A stretch of 43,819 bases of DNA, taken from the NCBI GenBank assembly GCA_043732345.1, contig JAYTHS010000059.1, positions 1-43,819 of the forward strand. The letters run 5' to 3'. The translations under genes were made by a program, and so were the position numbers. A model generated the notes under the pieces. The model did no database searches. It worked only from the letters and a program-made list of their open reading frames with translations, and was not told the origin of the DNA. Source of the DNA: Frankiales bacterium. GTDB lineage: Bacteria; Actinomycetota; Actinomycetes; Mycobacteriales; SCTD01. Positions 1 to 9,746 of the stretch are shown here, piece after piece; within the stretch, counting starts at the first letter, position 1, and each line of letters begins with the position of its first letter.

Positions 1-63
1 GTAGAGCGCCAGCCACGCCGGCATGACGGCCCGGTGCCGGTCGAGCAGGTCCTCGGAGCTCAT
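1..63 (-). CDS. Class III (4-aminobutyrate/putrescine-type) aminotransferase, N-terminus only; runs off the window edge
   Basis: ATG at 63 overlaps the potC stop (ATGA). Translation MSSEDLLDRHRAVMPAWLALY resembles N-termini of actinobacterial class III aminotransferases, and the polyamine context fits. Confidence 0.6.
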   Translation of the reverse strand, partial: MSSEDLLDRHRAVMPAWLALY

Positions 64-926
64 GCGTTTCCCCTTCCTCGGCGGCGCGCCGCCAGCTGAC
101 CGATGCCGACCGCGACGAGGGCCAGCACGAACATCACCGTCCCGATGACGTTGATCTGCACGGGCGTGCCTCGACTCGCGGCGCCGTAGACGTACATCGG
201 GAACGTGACCGAGCTCGACGAGGCGTTGAAGTTGGTGATGATGTAGTCGTCGAAGGACAGCGCGAAGGCCAGCAGTGCGGCCGCTCCGATGCCCGGCAGG
301 ACGAGCGGCAGGGTCACCCGCAGGAAGGTCTGTCGCTCGTTGGCGTACAGGTCCATGGCCGCCTGCTCCAGCCGGGGGTCCAGCCCGGCGATGCGGGCCT
401 TGACCGTCACGATGACGAAGCTGATGTCAAACATGACGTGGGCGATGAGGATCGTCGTGGCCCCCAGCGGGACGCGCAGGCTGACGAACAGGGTCAGCAG
501 CGATGAGCCCATGACGACCTCGGGGGTAGCCATCGGCAGGAAGATGAGCAGGTTGGTGGCCGACCGTCCCCGGAAGCGGTGCCGGGCCAGCGCGAACGCC
601 GCGAGGGTCCCGATCGTCGTGGAGAGCAGCGTTGCGAGCAGCCCGATCTGCAGGCTCAGGCCGAGGGCCTCGCACAGGCCGGGTGCGCCGCAGGGGTGCA
701 ACCAGGCGTTGAGCGAGAAATGCTGCCACGTGTAGTTGAAGCGTCCTGACGGGCGGTTGAAGCTGAACAGAACGACGACGACGTTCGGCGCCATGAGGTA
801 GACGAACGCGAGCCCGGCGATCAGCAGGATGATGTGCTCGCGCACCCAGGCGAGGGGGCTGCGACTCCTCGCCCGGGCTCCAGGGGTCGTGGTGGTCGCC
901 GCCGGCGTGGTCAGCACCGTGCTCAC
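60..926 (-). CDS. potC: Polyamine ABC transporter permease
   Basis: Hydrophobic 288 aa; EAA loop LEQAAMDLYA; FALSFDDY; operon with potB/A/D. Confidence 0.9.
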   Translation of the reverse strand: MSTVLTTPAATTTTPGARARSRSPLAWVREHIILLIAGLAFVYLMAPNVVVVLFSFNRPSGRFNYTWQHFSLNAWLHPCGAPGLCEALGLSLQIGLLATLLSTTIGTLAAFALARHRFRGRSATNLLIFLPMATPEVVMGSSLLTLFVSLRVPLGATTILIAHVMFDISFVIVTVKARIAGLDPRLEQAAMDLYANERQTFLRVTLPLVLPGIGAAALLAFALSFDDYIITNFNASSSSVTFPMYVYGAASRGTPVQINVIGTVMFVLALVAVGIGQLAARRRGRGNA

Positions 927-1840
927 AGCAGCTCCTCGGTGCCGGCGCGACGTACGTAGGCGGCGACCAGCACGACGATCGTCGCCATGAGCACGACCGA
1001 CAGGGCGGCCGCCGTCGGGTAGTCCAGGACCCGCAGGAACTGACCGGCGACCACCTGGCCGATCATCGTCGTGCGCGGGCTGCCGAGCAGCTGCGAGTTG
1101 ATGTAGTCACCGGCGGCCGGGATGAAGGTCAGCAGCGTGCCCGCGACGACGCCGGGCATCGATAACGGCACGGTCACCTTGCGGAACCCCGTCCACGGTG
1201 AGGCGTACAGGTCGCCGGCCGCCTCGTGCAGGCGCCCGTCGATCCGCTCCAGGCTCGCGTACAGCGGGAGCGTCATGAACGGCAGGAAGTTGTAGGTCAG
1301 CCCCGTCACGACCGACAGGCGCGTGCCGAGCAGCTGGTCGTTGTCGATCAGGTGCAGGCCCCGCAGCAGCGACAGCAGGTGCAGGCTGCGCAGCCCGTGG
1401 GTCAGGACGCCGTCCGAGGCCAGGATCGTCTGCCACGCCAGGGTCCGGATCAGGAAGCTGGTGAAGAAGGGCGCGATCACCAGAACGAGCAGGACGTTCT
1501 TCCAGCGTCCGCTCTTGAAGGCGATGGCGTACGCGAGCGGGTAGGCGATGCCCAGGGCCAGCACCGTCGCGACGGCGGCGTACCCCAGCGACCGGAGCAG
1601 CTGGACGTGGTAGGCGCTGAGCACGTCGGTGTAGGTCTGCCAGTGCCAGGTGAGGGCGTAGCCCTGCTCGAGCGAGCCGGTCTGCAGCGACTGCGACACG
1701 AGCACCGCGATGGGTGCCAGGAAGAACAGCGCGAGCCACAGCCCGCCGGGCAGGAGCAGCGCGTACGGCGTGGTGCGGCGCGCGCCCGGTGCTCGGGCCT
1801 CGTCGGTCGCGGGCAGGTCGGAGACCGGAGTGACCGTCAC
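923..1840 (-). CDS. potB: Polyamine ABC transporter permease
   Basis: PFFTSFLIRTLAW, YNFLPFMTLPLYASLERID and EAAGDLYA motifs; 4-bp overlaps with neighbours. Confidence 0.9.
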   Translation of the reverse strand: MTVTPVSDLPATDEARAPGARRTTPYALLLPGGLWLALFFLAPIAVLVSQSLQTGSLEQGYALTWHWQTYTDVLSAYHVQLLRSLGYAAVATVLALGIAYPLAYAIAFKSGRWKNVLLVLVIAPFFTSFLIRTLAWQTILASDGVLTHGLRSLHLLSLLRGLHLIDNDQLLGTRLSVVTGLTYNFLPFMTLPLYASLERIDGRLHEAAGDLYASPWTGFRKVTVPLSMPGVVAGTLLTFIPAAGDYINSQLLGSPRTTMIGQVVAGQFLRVLDYPTAAALSVVLMATIVVLVAAYVRRAGTEELL

Positions 1841-3003
1841 GTGGCCACACCGGCATCGACCACCCGCTCCTCACCGGCGTGCGCGTCCTGGGCGGCGTCC
1901 AGGCCGAAGCCGTGCAGAGGCTGCCACGTCACGGTCACGGCCTGCCCCGGACGCAGCGGTGCGGTGCCGTCGTTCTGCTGGACGACGGCGATCTCCTGCT
2001 TCCAGGGGAGCCGGATCAGGTAGTGGGTGGCCACGCCGGTGAAGGAGGCGTCAGTCACGACACCGGTCAGGCAGTTCCCGGCCGCGCCCTCGGTGGTGAC
2101 GCGGAGCTTCTCGGGACGCACCCCGAGCCAGAGCCGTCCGGCGCCGATCCGAGCCCGGTCCCGGGGCAGCAGCAGCCGCACGCCGTGCACGTCGAGCAGC
2201 AGGTCGTCCCCCGACGTACCGGTCACATCGGCAGCGAGCAGGTTGGACTGCCCGAGGAAGTTGGCGGCGAAGGTGGTGGCCGGACGCTCGTAGAGGTCCG
2301 CCGGCGACCCGAGCTGCTCGATGCGCCCACCGTTCATGACCGCGATGGTGTCGGCCATCGTCATGGCCTCCTCCTGGTCGTGTGTCACGTGGATGAACGT
2401 GATGCCGACCTCGGTCTGGATCCGCTTGAGCTCGACCTGCATCTGCCGGCGCAGCTTGAGGTCGAGCGCGCCGAGGGGCTCGTCGAGCAGCAGCACCTCC
2501 GGCCGGTTCACGATGGCCCGGGCGAGAGCGACGCGCTGCTGCTGACCGCCGGACAGCTGCGCTGGCTTGCGCTTCGCGAGGGCGCCGAGCTGCACCAGCT
2601 CCAGGATGGCGTCCACGTCGCGCTTCACCTCCCGGGCGCCGCGGCGGCGCAGGCCGAAGGCGACGTTCTCGTAGACGTCGAGGTGCGGGAACAGCGCGTA
2701 GCTCTGGAAGACGGTGTTGACCGGGCGTCGGTAGGGCTTGGTGTCCGTGACGTCGAGGTCGCCGATGAGCACGGTGCCGCTGGTCGGTCGCTCGAGCCCG
2801 GCGACCATCCGCAGCGTCGTGGTCTTGCCGCACCCGGACGGGCCGAGCAGCGCGAAGAAGGACCCCTGCGGCACCGTGAGGTCCAGGCCGTCGACGGCGG
2901 TGAAGCTGCCGAAGCGCTTGGTCACGTCGAGCAGCCGCAGGTCCCCGCCGCTCGCACCGTCGGGGGGGCCCGCCGTCGACACAGTAAGGACGTCGGAGGT
3001 CAT
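1837..3003 (-). CDS. potA: Polyamine ABC transporter ATP-binding subunit
   Basis: Walker A GPSGCGKT, LSGGQ, LLLDEP, VNTVFQSYALFPH; start placed at ATG 3003 behind GAGGTGG. Confidence 0.92.
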   Translation of the reverse strand: MTSDVLTVSTAGPPDGASGGDLRLLDVTKRFGSFTAVDGLDLTVPQGSFFALLGPSGCGKTTTLRMVAGLERPTSGTVLIGDLDVTDTKPYRRPVNTVFQSYALFPHLDVYENVAFGLRRRGAREVKRDVDAILELVQLGALAKRKPAQLSGGQQQRVALARAIVNRPEVLLLDEPLGALDLKLRRQMQVELKRIQTEVGITFIHVTHDQEEAMTMADTIAVMNGGRIEQLGSPADLYERPATTFAANFLGQSNLLAADVTGTSGDDLLLDVHGVRLLLPRDRARIGAGRLWLGVRPEKLRVTTEGAAGNCLTGVVTDASFTGVATHYLIRLPWKQEIAVVQQNDGTAPLRPGQAVTVTWQPLHGFGLDAAQDAHAGEERVVDAGVAT

Positions 3004-3013
3004 GGTGGCCACC

Positions 3014-4219
3014 TCATGCACCGATCAGGGCTTGGAACTTCTTGTTGTACGCCGTCTCCTGGGCCTCCGTCAGCCCCTTGAAGACGTGGGCCTTGGCCAG
3101 CACCTCGGCCGAGGGGAAGATCAGCGGGTTCTTCGCGATCGAGGGGTCCTTGGCGACCAGCGCCTCCTTCGCGCCCTTCACGGGAGCGATGTACTTGACG
3201 TAGTCCTCGACCGTCGCCATGACTGCCGGGTCGTAGTAGTAGTTGATCAGCTTCTCGGCGTTCTTCTTGTGCTTGGCCTGGTTGGGGATGACGAAGTTGT
3301 CAGACCAGAGCATGTGGCCCGTCGCCGGCAGGACGTAGCCCAGTGCCGGGTTGTCGGCCTGCAGCTGGACGACATCGCCCGTGAACGCCAGGCACGCCGC
3401 GGTGTCGCCCGAGGCCAGCGGCTTGCCGTACTCGTTGCCGGTAAAGCCGCGCAGCTGCCCGGAGTCCTTGGCCTTGGTCAGCTCCGCGATTGCCGCGTCG
3501 AAGTCCGCGTCGGTGAAGTTGGCGGGGTCCTTGCCCTGCGCGAGCATCACCAGCCCGACGGTGTCCCTCATCTCGGTCAGCAGCGTGACCTTGCCCTTGA
3601 GGGTCTTGTCAGTCAGCAGCTGCTCGATCGACTCGACCTTCCTGCCGCCGGTCGCCTTGGGGTTGTAGGCGATGCCGGTGAAGCCGCTCTGCCACGGCAG
3701 CGAGTACTTGCGCCCCTTGTCGTACTCCACGTCCTGCAGGCTGTCGACGACGTTGGCGGCGTGGGGGATGTTGGCCTTGTCGAGCTCCTGAACCCACCCG
3801 AGCCGGATCAGTCGCGCGACCATCCAGTCGGTGCTGCACCAGACGTCACGGCCGGTGTCCTGTCGGGCGGCCAGTTGCGGCTTGACCTTCGCGAAGAACT
3901 CGTCGTTGTCGTTGTAGTCCTCGGTGTAGGTGACCTTGATGCCGGTGGCCTGGGTGAAGGCCTCCAGGGTCGGCCGGGCCTTGGTCTTGTCGTTGACGTC
4001 GATGTACAACGGCCAGTTGGACCAGTTGATGACCTTGTCCGTGTCGGACAGGTCGGTGGCGGCGCGGGCCGACGCGGCGGACTTCCCCCCGGCGGTGCCG
4101 CTGGTCCCGCAGGCACTGAGGAAGCTGCCCAGGGCGACGGCGCCGGCTCCCTGGAACAGGGTGCGCCGGCTGAGGCTCCCCCGTAGGAGGGCTGCGGGGA
4201 GTCGCGGATCGTGGTCCAT
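3014..4219 (-). CDS. potD: Spermidine/putrescine-binding lipoprotein, Tat-exported
   Basis: SRRTLFQG twin-arginine motif, lipobox LSAC, NWSNWPLYID, WSDNFVIP. Confidence 0.88.
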   Translation of the reverse strand: MDHDPRLPAALLRGSLSRRTLFQGAGAVALGSFLSACGTSGTAGGKSAASARAATDLSDTDKVINWSNWPLYIDVNDKTKARPTLEAFTQATGIKVTYTEDYNDNDEFFAKVKPQLAARQDTGRDVWCSTDWMVARLIRLGWVQELDKANIPHAANVVDSLQDVEYDKGRKYSLPWQSGFTGIAYNPKATGGRKVESIEQLLTDKTLKGKVTLLTEMRDTVGLVMLAQGKDPANFTDADFDAAIAELTKAKDSGQLRGFTGNEYGKPLASGDTAACLAFTGDVVQLQADNPALGYVLPATGHMLWSDNFVIPNQAKHKKNAEKLINYYYDPAVMATVEDYVKYIAPVKGAKEALVAKDPSIAKNPLIFPSAEVLAKAHVFKGLTEAQETAYNKKFQALIGA

Positions 4220-4277
4220 GTCTACCTCTCGGAACGCCGCGGGAGCGGCCGTGCTGCGACAGGTCGCGGGTGCGCCT

Positions 4278-4335
4278 GTCGGTCGTTCGGTAGGTCGGTC
4301 GGTAGGTCGGTCGGCCGGTCGGGTCTATCGGTCGG
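4278..4335. repeat. Low-complexity GGTC/GGTAGGTCGGTC tandem repeat
   Basis: Seen directly between the dehydrogenase stop and the potD start. Confidence 0.7.
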
Positions 4336-5821
4336 CGAAGACGGTGCGGTGCCAGGGCTTCCTGGCGACGCCGGTGCGGTCGGACATCACGTGCTTGAGA
4401 ACGGTGTATTCCTCCATCGACCAGCTCGACAGGTCCTTGCCGTATCCCGACGCGCCATAGCCACCGTGTGGCATCTCGCTGACGACGGGGATGTGGTCGT
4501 TGACCCACACACAGCCGGCCCGCAGGTCGGCGCAGGCGCGCTGGCTCCGGTAGACGTCACGGGTCCAGACCGAGGCGGCCAGCCCGTACGGCGTGTCGTT
4601 CGCGAGGGCAAGGCCCTGTTCGTCCCTGTCGAACGGCAGCACGACCAGGACCGGACCGAACACCTCCTCCTGCACCAACTCGGAGGCCTGCGCCGCCTCG
4701 GTCACGAGGGTCGGCGCGTAGTAGGCCCCCGCCGCGAGCGGTCCGGCTGGGGCGCTGCCACCGCAGACGACCTTCGCCCCGGCCGCGCGAGCCCGCTCGA
4801 CGAAGCCGGCGACCCGGTCCCGGTGGCGGTGCGACACCAGCGGACCCAGGTCGGTGTCGGGGTCGAGCGGATCACCCAGGCGCACAGCCGCCATCAGGTC
4901 GGCTACGCCGGCCACGAAGGCGTCGTACAGCGGGCGCTGCACGTAGGCGCGCGTCGCCGCCGTGCAGTCCTGGCCGGCGTTGACCAGCGCTCCAGCGACG
5001 GCACCGTGCACGGCCGCCTCGAGGTCGGCGTCGTCGTGGACGAGGAAGGGGGCCTTGCCACCCAGCTCGAGGTGCAGGCGGCGTGGTCCGCCGGGAGCGG
5101 TTGAGGCCAACGCGGCGACCTGCCGGCCGACGGCGCTCGAGCCGGTGAAGGACACCATCGACACGGACGGGTGCCCGACCAGGGCCTCGCCGGCCACGGG
5201 GCCGGTGCCGGTGACGACGTTGACGACGCCCGGTGGGATGCCCGCGTCGAGGCAGGCCCCCGCGAGCAGCAGCGCGGTGAGCGGGGTGAGCTCGCTCGGC
5301 TTGAGGACGATGGTGTTGCCGGCGGCAACGGCCGGGAGCAGCTTCCAGGCAGCCATCTGCAGCGGGTAGTTCCACGGGCAGATCGAGCCGACCACGCCGA
5401 TCGCCTCGCGGCGTACCGAGGACGTGTGGTCAGGGGAGTACTCCGCACTGGCGCGGCCCTCGAGGGTGCGGGCAGCCCCGGCGAAGAACGCGACGTTGTC
5501 GACGGTCCCTGCGACGTCGAAGTCGGTCGAGAAGCGGAGCGGCTTGCCGGTCTGAGCGGTCTCGGTCCGGGCGAGCAGATCGGTCCGCTCGGCGAGCAGA
5601 GCAGCGAGGCGGGTGAGCGCACCAGCCCGCTCCGCCGGCGTCGTCGAGGACCAGCTGGGGAACGCCTCGGCAGCGGCTGCCACGGCCGCGTCCACGTCAG
5701 CAGGTCCGGCGAGGTCGACCTCGAGGAGCGTCCGGCCGGTGGCGGGGTCCACGACAGGGGCGGTGCCCGCGGTCCCGACGCAGCGGAGGGCGCCGACGAT
5801 CTGATGTCCGGCCTGCGGCAT
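4325..5821 (-). CDS. Gamma-aminobutyraldehyde dehydrogenase (ALDH family)
   Basis: PWNYP, LKPSE, FTGS, LELGGK, catalytic NAGQDCTA, EEVFGPV; ATG 5821 with GAGGAGGTG RBS; heads the pot operon. Confidence 0.85.
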   Translation of the reverse strand: MPQAGHQIVGALRCVGTAGTAPVVDPATGRTLLEVDLAGPADVDAAVAAAAEAFPSWSSTTPAERAGALTRLAALLAERTDLLARTETAQTGKPLRFSTDFDVAGTVDNVAFFAGAARTLEGRASAEYSPDHTSSVRREAIGVVGSICPWNYPLQMAAWKLLPAVAAGNTIVLKPSELTPLTALLLAGACLDAGIPPGVVNVVTGTGPVAGEALVGHPSVSMVSFTGSSAVGRQVAALASTAPGGPRRLHLELGGKAPFLVHDDADLEAAVHGAVAGALVNAGQDCTAATRAYVQRPLYDAFVAGVADLMAAVRLGDPLDPDTDLGPLVSHRHRDRVAGFVERARAAGAKVVCGGSAPAGPLAAGAYYAPTLVTEAAQASELVQEEVFGPVLVVLPFDRDEQGLALANDTPYGLAASVWTRDVYRSQRACADLRAGCVWVNDHIPVVSEMPHGGYGASGYGKDLSSWSMEEYTVLKHVMSDRTGVARKPWHRTVFADR

Positions 5822-5836
5822 TCGCACCTCCTCGTA

Positions 5837-5872
5837 GGTCCCTGGCGGGCCCAACCCGTCCCGCCAGGGACC
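5837..5872 (-). promoter_or_regulatory. Perfect 13-bp stem-loop in the 5' UTR, just upstream of the dehydrogenase RBS
   Basis: GGTCCCTGGCGGG-N10-CCCGCCAGGGACC. Confidence 0.6.
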
Positions 5873-5888
5873 GGCTGACCTGCGAGCG

Positions 5889-5917
5889 ATCCTGGCAGTC
5901 ACCCGCAGCCCTGACAA
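5889..5917 (-). promoter_or_regulatory. Housekeeping-sigma promoter of the dehydrogenase-pot operon
   Basis: Minus strand reads TTGTCA-17 bp-CAGGAT. Confidence 0.6.
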
Positions 5918-6090
5918 GCGAATCCGTGGTGGCGGTACCTCTCTGCTGCGGATCTGTGACCTGCCGCCGTACGGAGTGGGTGTTTGCCAGCGGGTGGTCG
6001 GGGGGCCATGCTCCGGCAGGTGCAGCACCCTCCTCCGCTCCCTGAACGCAGCCCCGGCCGGGGGACCCGCTGAGTGCGCAGGCCCGTCCC

Positions 6091-6711
6091 GTGGAGCGCA
6101 CCGCGGTCCGCCGGCTGCCGGAGCTGATGGTCGACGAGCGGGTGCGGCTGGACGACCTGCTGGACGAGGCCCTGGTGGCGCACGTCGGGATCGTCGACCT
6201 CCACGGCCCGGTGGTGCTGCCGATGGCCTGCGCCCGGGACGGGGACACGCTGCTCGTGCACGGGTCCACGGGCAGTCGCCTGGTGCGCGCGCTCGCCGAC
6301 GGCGCGGCCACGTGCACGACCGTCACCGTGCTGGATGGCGCGATCTACGCGCGCAGCGCCTTCAGCTCCTCGATGCGCTACCGCTCCGCCGTGGTCTATG
6401 GCGCCTACCGTCCTGCCCCGGACCAGCTGCACGCCCTGCACGTCCTGACCGAGCACCTGCTGCCCGGCAGGTGGGAGGAGCTGCGCGCGCCGACGGCCAA
6501 GGAGCTGGCCGGCACGCTGGTCTTGGCGGTCGCGCTCGAGGAGTGGTCGCTGAAGGTCAGCGACGGGTGGCCGGAGGACGAGCCGGCCGACCTCGACACC
6601 TCGGTGTGGGCCGGCGTCCTGCCCTGCCGGACGGTGTGGGGGGAGCCGCTGGATGCGCCTGACCTGATGCAGCCACGGACGGCACCGTCACCTGCGGTGC
6701 TCACCCGGTGA
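6091..6711 (+). CDS. Pyridoxamine 5'-phosphate oxidase-like flavin-nucleotide-binding protein
   Basis: LLVHGSTGSRL, TVTVLDG, ARSAFSSSMRYRSAVVYG and VWAGVLP are typical of this split-barrel family. Confidence 0.8.
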   Translation: MERTAVRRLPELMVDERVRLDDLLDEALVAHVGIVDLHGPVVLPMACARDGDTLLVHGSTGSRLVRALADGAATCTTVTVLDGAIYARSAFSSSMRYRSAVVYGAYRPAPDQLHALHVLTEHLLPGRWEELRAPTAKELAGTLVLAVALEEWSLKVSDGWPEDEPADLDTSVWAGVLPCRTVWGEPLDAPDLMQPRTAPSPAVLTR

Positions 6712-6718
6712 GCGCACC

Positions 6719-7720
6719 GTGACGCGCTACGGCAGCCAGTTCGGCCCGGACATCACGTTCCTCGGGGTCGAGCGCTGCGACCTCGACCATCTCGAGGGTG
6801 TCGACGTCGTCGTCCTGGGTGCACCGTTCGACGGGGGGACCTCCCATCGCCCGGGTGCGCGCTTCGGGCCGCAGGCCATCCGGATGGCGGACTACCTGCC
6901 GCACGACGGGTTGCGGCCGAGCCTCGCCCTGCGGACCGACGGGCTGGCCGACCTCGTGGTCCGGGACGCCGGTGACGTCGAGATGTACTCCGGCGACATC
7001 GTCACGGCGCTGGCAGCCCTGGAGCGGGCGGTGGAGACAGTGACGCGCAGCGGCGCGATCCCGGTGGTCCTTGGCGGCGACCACTCGATCGCGTACGCCG
7101 ACGTGACCGGGGTGGCCAACGTCCACGGTGCCGGGCGGATCTCGCTGGTCCACTTCGACGCGCACGCAGACACCGGGGATATCGAGTTCGGGTCGCTGTG
7201 GGGGCACGGCCAGCCGATGCGTCGGCTGGTCGAGTCCGGTGCCCTGCGGGGGGACCGGTTCCTGCAGATCGGGCTGCGCGGCTACTGGCCCGGACCGGAG
7301 ACGTTGGACTGGATGCGTGACCGCGGGATGCGGTCGTACGAGATGTCGGAGATCGGCTCAAGGGGCCTTTCTTCCTGTCTGACAGAGGCTTTCGCGATCG
7401 CCACGGACGACACCGCAGGCGTCTTCCTGTCCGTCGACATCGACGTCTGCGACCCCGGGCACGCCCCTGGCACGGGGACCCCCGAGCCCGGTGGACTGAC
7501 CGCCCGGGAGCTGCTCGACGCCGTACGCCGGTGCTGCCTCGAGCTTCCTGTCGTCGGACTCGAGGTGGTCGAGGTGAGCCCGCCATACGACACCGCCGGC
7601 ATCACCGCGGCGCTGGCCAACCGAGTGGTGCTGGAGGCGCTGTCCGCCATCGCCCGGCGCCGCGTGGACGCCCGCGACGGGACGACTTGGGACCCCGCTC
7701 GGCCTCTTCTCGACCGATAG
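6719..7720 (+). CDS. speB: Agmatinase (ureohydrolase family)
   Basis: RPGARFGP, GGDHS, DAHAD and SVDIDVCDP...APGTGTPEPGG metal-binding motifs. Confidence 0.88.
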   Translation: MTRYGSQFGPDITFLGVERCDLDHLEGVDVVVLGAPFDGGTSHRPGARFGPQAIRMADYLPHDGLRPSLALRTDGLADLVVRDAGDVEMYSGDIVTALAALERAVETVTRSGAIPVVLGGDHSIAYADVTGVANVHGAGRISLVHFDAHADTGDIEFGSLWGHGQPMRRLVESGALRGDRFLQIGLRGYWPGPETLDWMRDRGMRSYEMSEIGSRGLSSCLTEAFAIATDDTAGVFLSVDIDVCDPGHAPGTGTPEPGGLTARELLDAVRRCCLELPVVGLEVVEVSPPYDTAGITAALANRVVLEALSAIARRRVDARDGTTWDPARPLLDR

Positions 7721-8100
7721 GCGGCCGGGGCGCCGGCGGGGACGACACCTGCGCGCTGGTGACGGGGGGCAAGCTCGTGTGCTGGGGCGGGAGCGGTCAC
7801 CGACAGATCGGTGACGCCACCACGAGCCAGCGCTCGCTGCCGACGACCGTGAGTGGCCTCGACGGCTCGCTGCGGACGGCGGCGGCGACCGTCGTCACGA
7901 CGGGCGTCGGGCCGACCAACGCAGACGTCCCGGTCTCGGCCCGGCCGGTCGTGACGTCGGTGAGCGCGAGCCGGCGCAACACCTGCGTCGTCCTGACCGA
8001 CACGATCGTCCGGTGCTGGGGCGACAACTCCACCGACCAGCTCGGGGACGGGATCGGGCCCTTCAGCCTGAGTCCCCGCACCGTCGCGCTGGCCGCTGGC
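7721..8100 (+). pseudogene. Orphan fragment with about two RCC1/BLIP-II-like repeats
   Basis: DTCALVTGGKLVCWG...QIGD and NTCVVLTDTIVRCWGDNSTDQLGDG; no own start or RBS; begins right after the speB stop. Confidence 0.7.
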
Positions 8101-8124
8101 CGCTGGCCGGTGGGCTGTAGGTCG

Positions 8125-9717
8125 TCAGGCCGTGAAGCCCACCTTGCCGAGGTTGAGCTCGAGGGTCGGGTTGATGCTCGATCCGGTCACCTTCTTGGTC
8201 ATGAGGTAACGCAGCGTCTCGTAGTGCACGAAGATCAGCGGCGCGTCCTCCCGGACCGTCTTGCGGATCGCGGCGCACATCTTCTTGCGGGCGGCGGTGT
8301 CGGTGCTCGCGGCCGCCGCGTCGATCATCGCGTCGATCGCGGGGTTGGCGTAGCCGCTGGTGTTGATAGAGCCGCCGGACCGGATGACCAGGGAGTAGAA
8401 GTTGTCCGGGTCGATGGTGCGCTCCTGGTAGGCGCTGGTGATCTGGTAGTTACCCTTGCTGTAGGCGTCGTACCAGACGGCCACGTCGACCTGCTTGATC
8501 CGCAGGTCGATCCCGATGGCCTTGAGCTGGTCGCGCACGACCTGACCGGTCTTGAGCAGCTCGGGGTACTGCGGCAGCCCGAGGTACTCGACGGTCAGAC
8601 CGTTCGCCTAGCCGGCCCTGGCCATCAGCGCCTTGGCCTTGGCCAGGTCAGGTCCGGTGGCGTACGGGTCCTGGCCGTCGAACCACGGTGACCCGCTCGG
8701 GACCTCCTGGTTGCCGGTCTCCCCGGTCCCGAGGTAGGCCACGTCGCGGATGGCCTTGCGGTCCAGGGCCCAGGCGACCGCCTGCCGCACCTCGACCTTG
8801 TCGAAAGGGGCCTTCTTGGTGTTCATCGCCAGGAAGTCCGGGATGCCGGCGGTCGGGCTGGTGACGTAGGTGAACCGCGGGTCCTTGCTCAGCGTCGCGA
8901 CCTGCTGCAGCGGGATCGCGTCGGCCCAGTCGAGCTCACCCGAGGACAGCGCGTCGATCCTGCCCTGGTCGACGAGCGGGAAGGTGAACGTCACGGCGTC
9001 GAGGTAGGGCTCCCCGCTGTGGTGGTAGCCCGCGAACTTCTTCAGGCTGAGGTGGTCTCCCTGGACCCACTCGACGAACTCGAACGGCCCGGTGCCGACC
9101 GGCTTGCGGGCCGGGTTGCCGGACTCGATCGCCTTCTGGTTCACGATCTCGCCGTTGTTGGCGAGGTTGGTCAGGAACGGACCGAAGGGCGTCTTGAGGT
9201 GGAACACGACCGTCGTCGGGCTCTTCACCTCGACCTCGCGGATGGGGGTGTAGAGGGCGGCATAGGCGCTCGCGGTCTTGGGGTTGCGCAGCCTGTCGAA
9301 GGTGTACTTGACGTCCTGCGCACTGAACTTCTCGCCGTTGTGGAAGGTGGCGTTGTCGACGAGCTCGAAGGTCCACGTCAGGTCGTCGACGGCCTTCCAG
9401 CTCTTGGCCAGGTCGCCGACGAACGCGCCCGAGGGATCGATGTCCAGCAGCTTGCTGAAGATCCCGTCGTACACCTGGGCGCCGGTGTAGACCGACGAGA
9501 TGGCCGGGTCCAGGCTGTCCGGTTCGCCGGTCAGGGCCGCCCGCAGCGTCCCCCCGGGGCTCGGGGCCTTCGTCGCGGTGGCGGTGCCGGCGGCGGTCTT
9601 GCCGGAGGAGGAGCCGCAGGCGGTGAGCAGGGACGGCCCACCGAGGGCGACGAGGCCGAGGAGCCCGCCGCGGCGCAGCAGGTCCCGTCGTGACAGGGGC
9701 GCGGGGTCGATCGTCAT
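8125..9717 (-). pseudogene. Dpp/Opp-family ABC substrate-binding lipoprotein interrupted by an in-frame TAG at 8608-8610
   Basis: Tat motif SRRDLL, lipobox LTAC, FHNGEKFSAQDV, PVGTGPF, VRQAVAWALDR. ORFs 8608-9717 and 8125-8538 share a frame and the sequence between them is open (ARAG*ANGLTVEYLG). Confidence 0.85.
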
Positions 9718-9746
9718 GCGGGTCTCCTGGATCGGGTGGCGGCGGG

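Noticed and set aside
8608-8610. Pyrrolysine or genome-wide amber recoding
   Set aside because: TAG ends several normal genes in this window, no pyl genes are present, and the protein is not a methylamine methyltransferase.
7531-8691. 386-aa RCC1 protein as an intact gene
   Set aside because: It overlaps speB off-frame and the binding-protein gene in antisense; only the middle third is RCC1-like.
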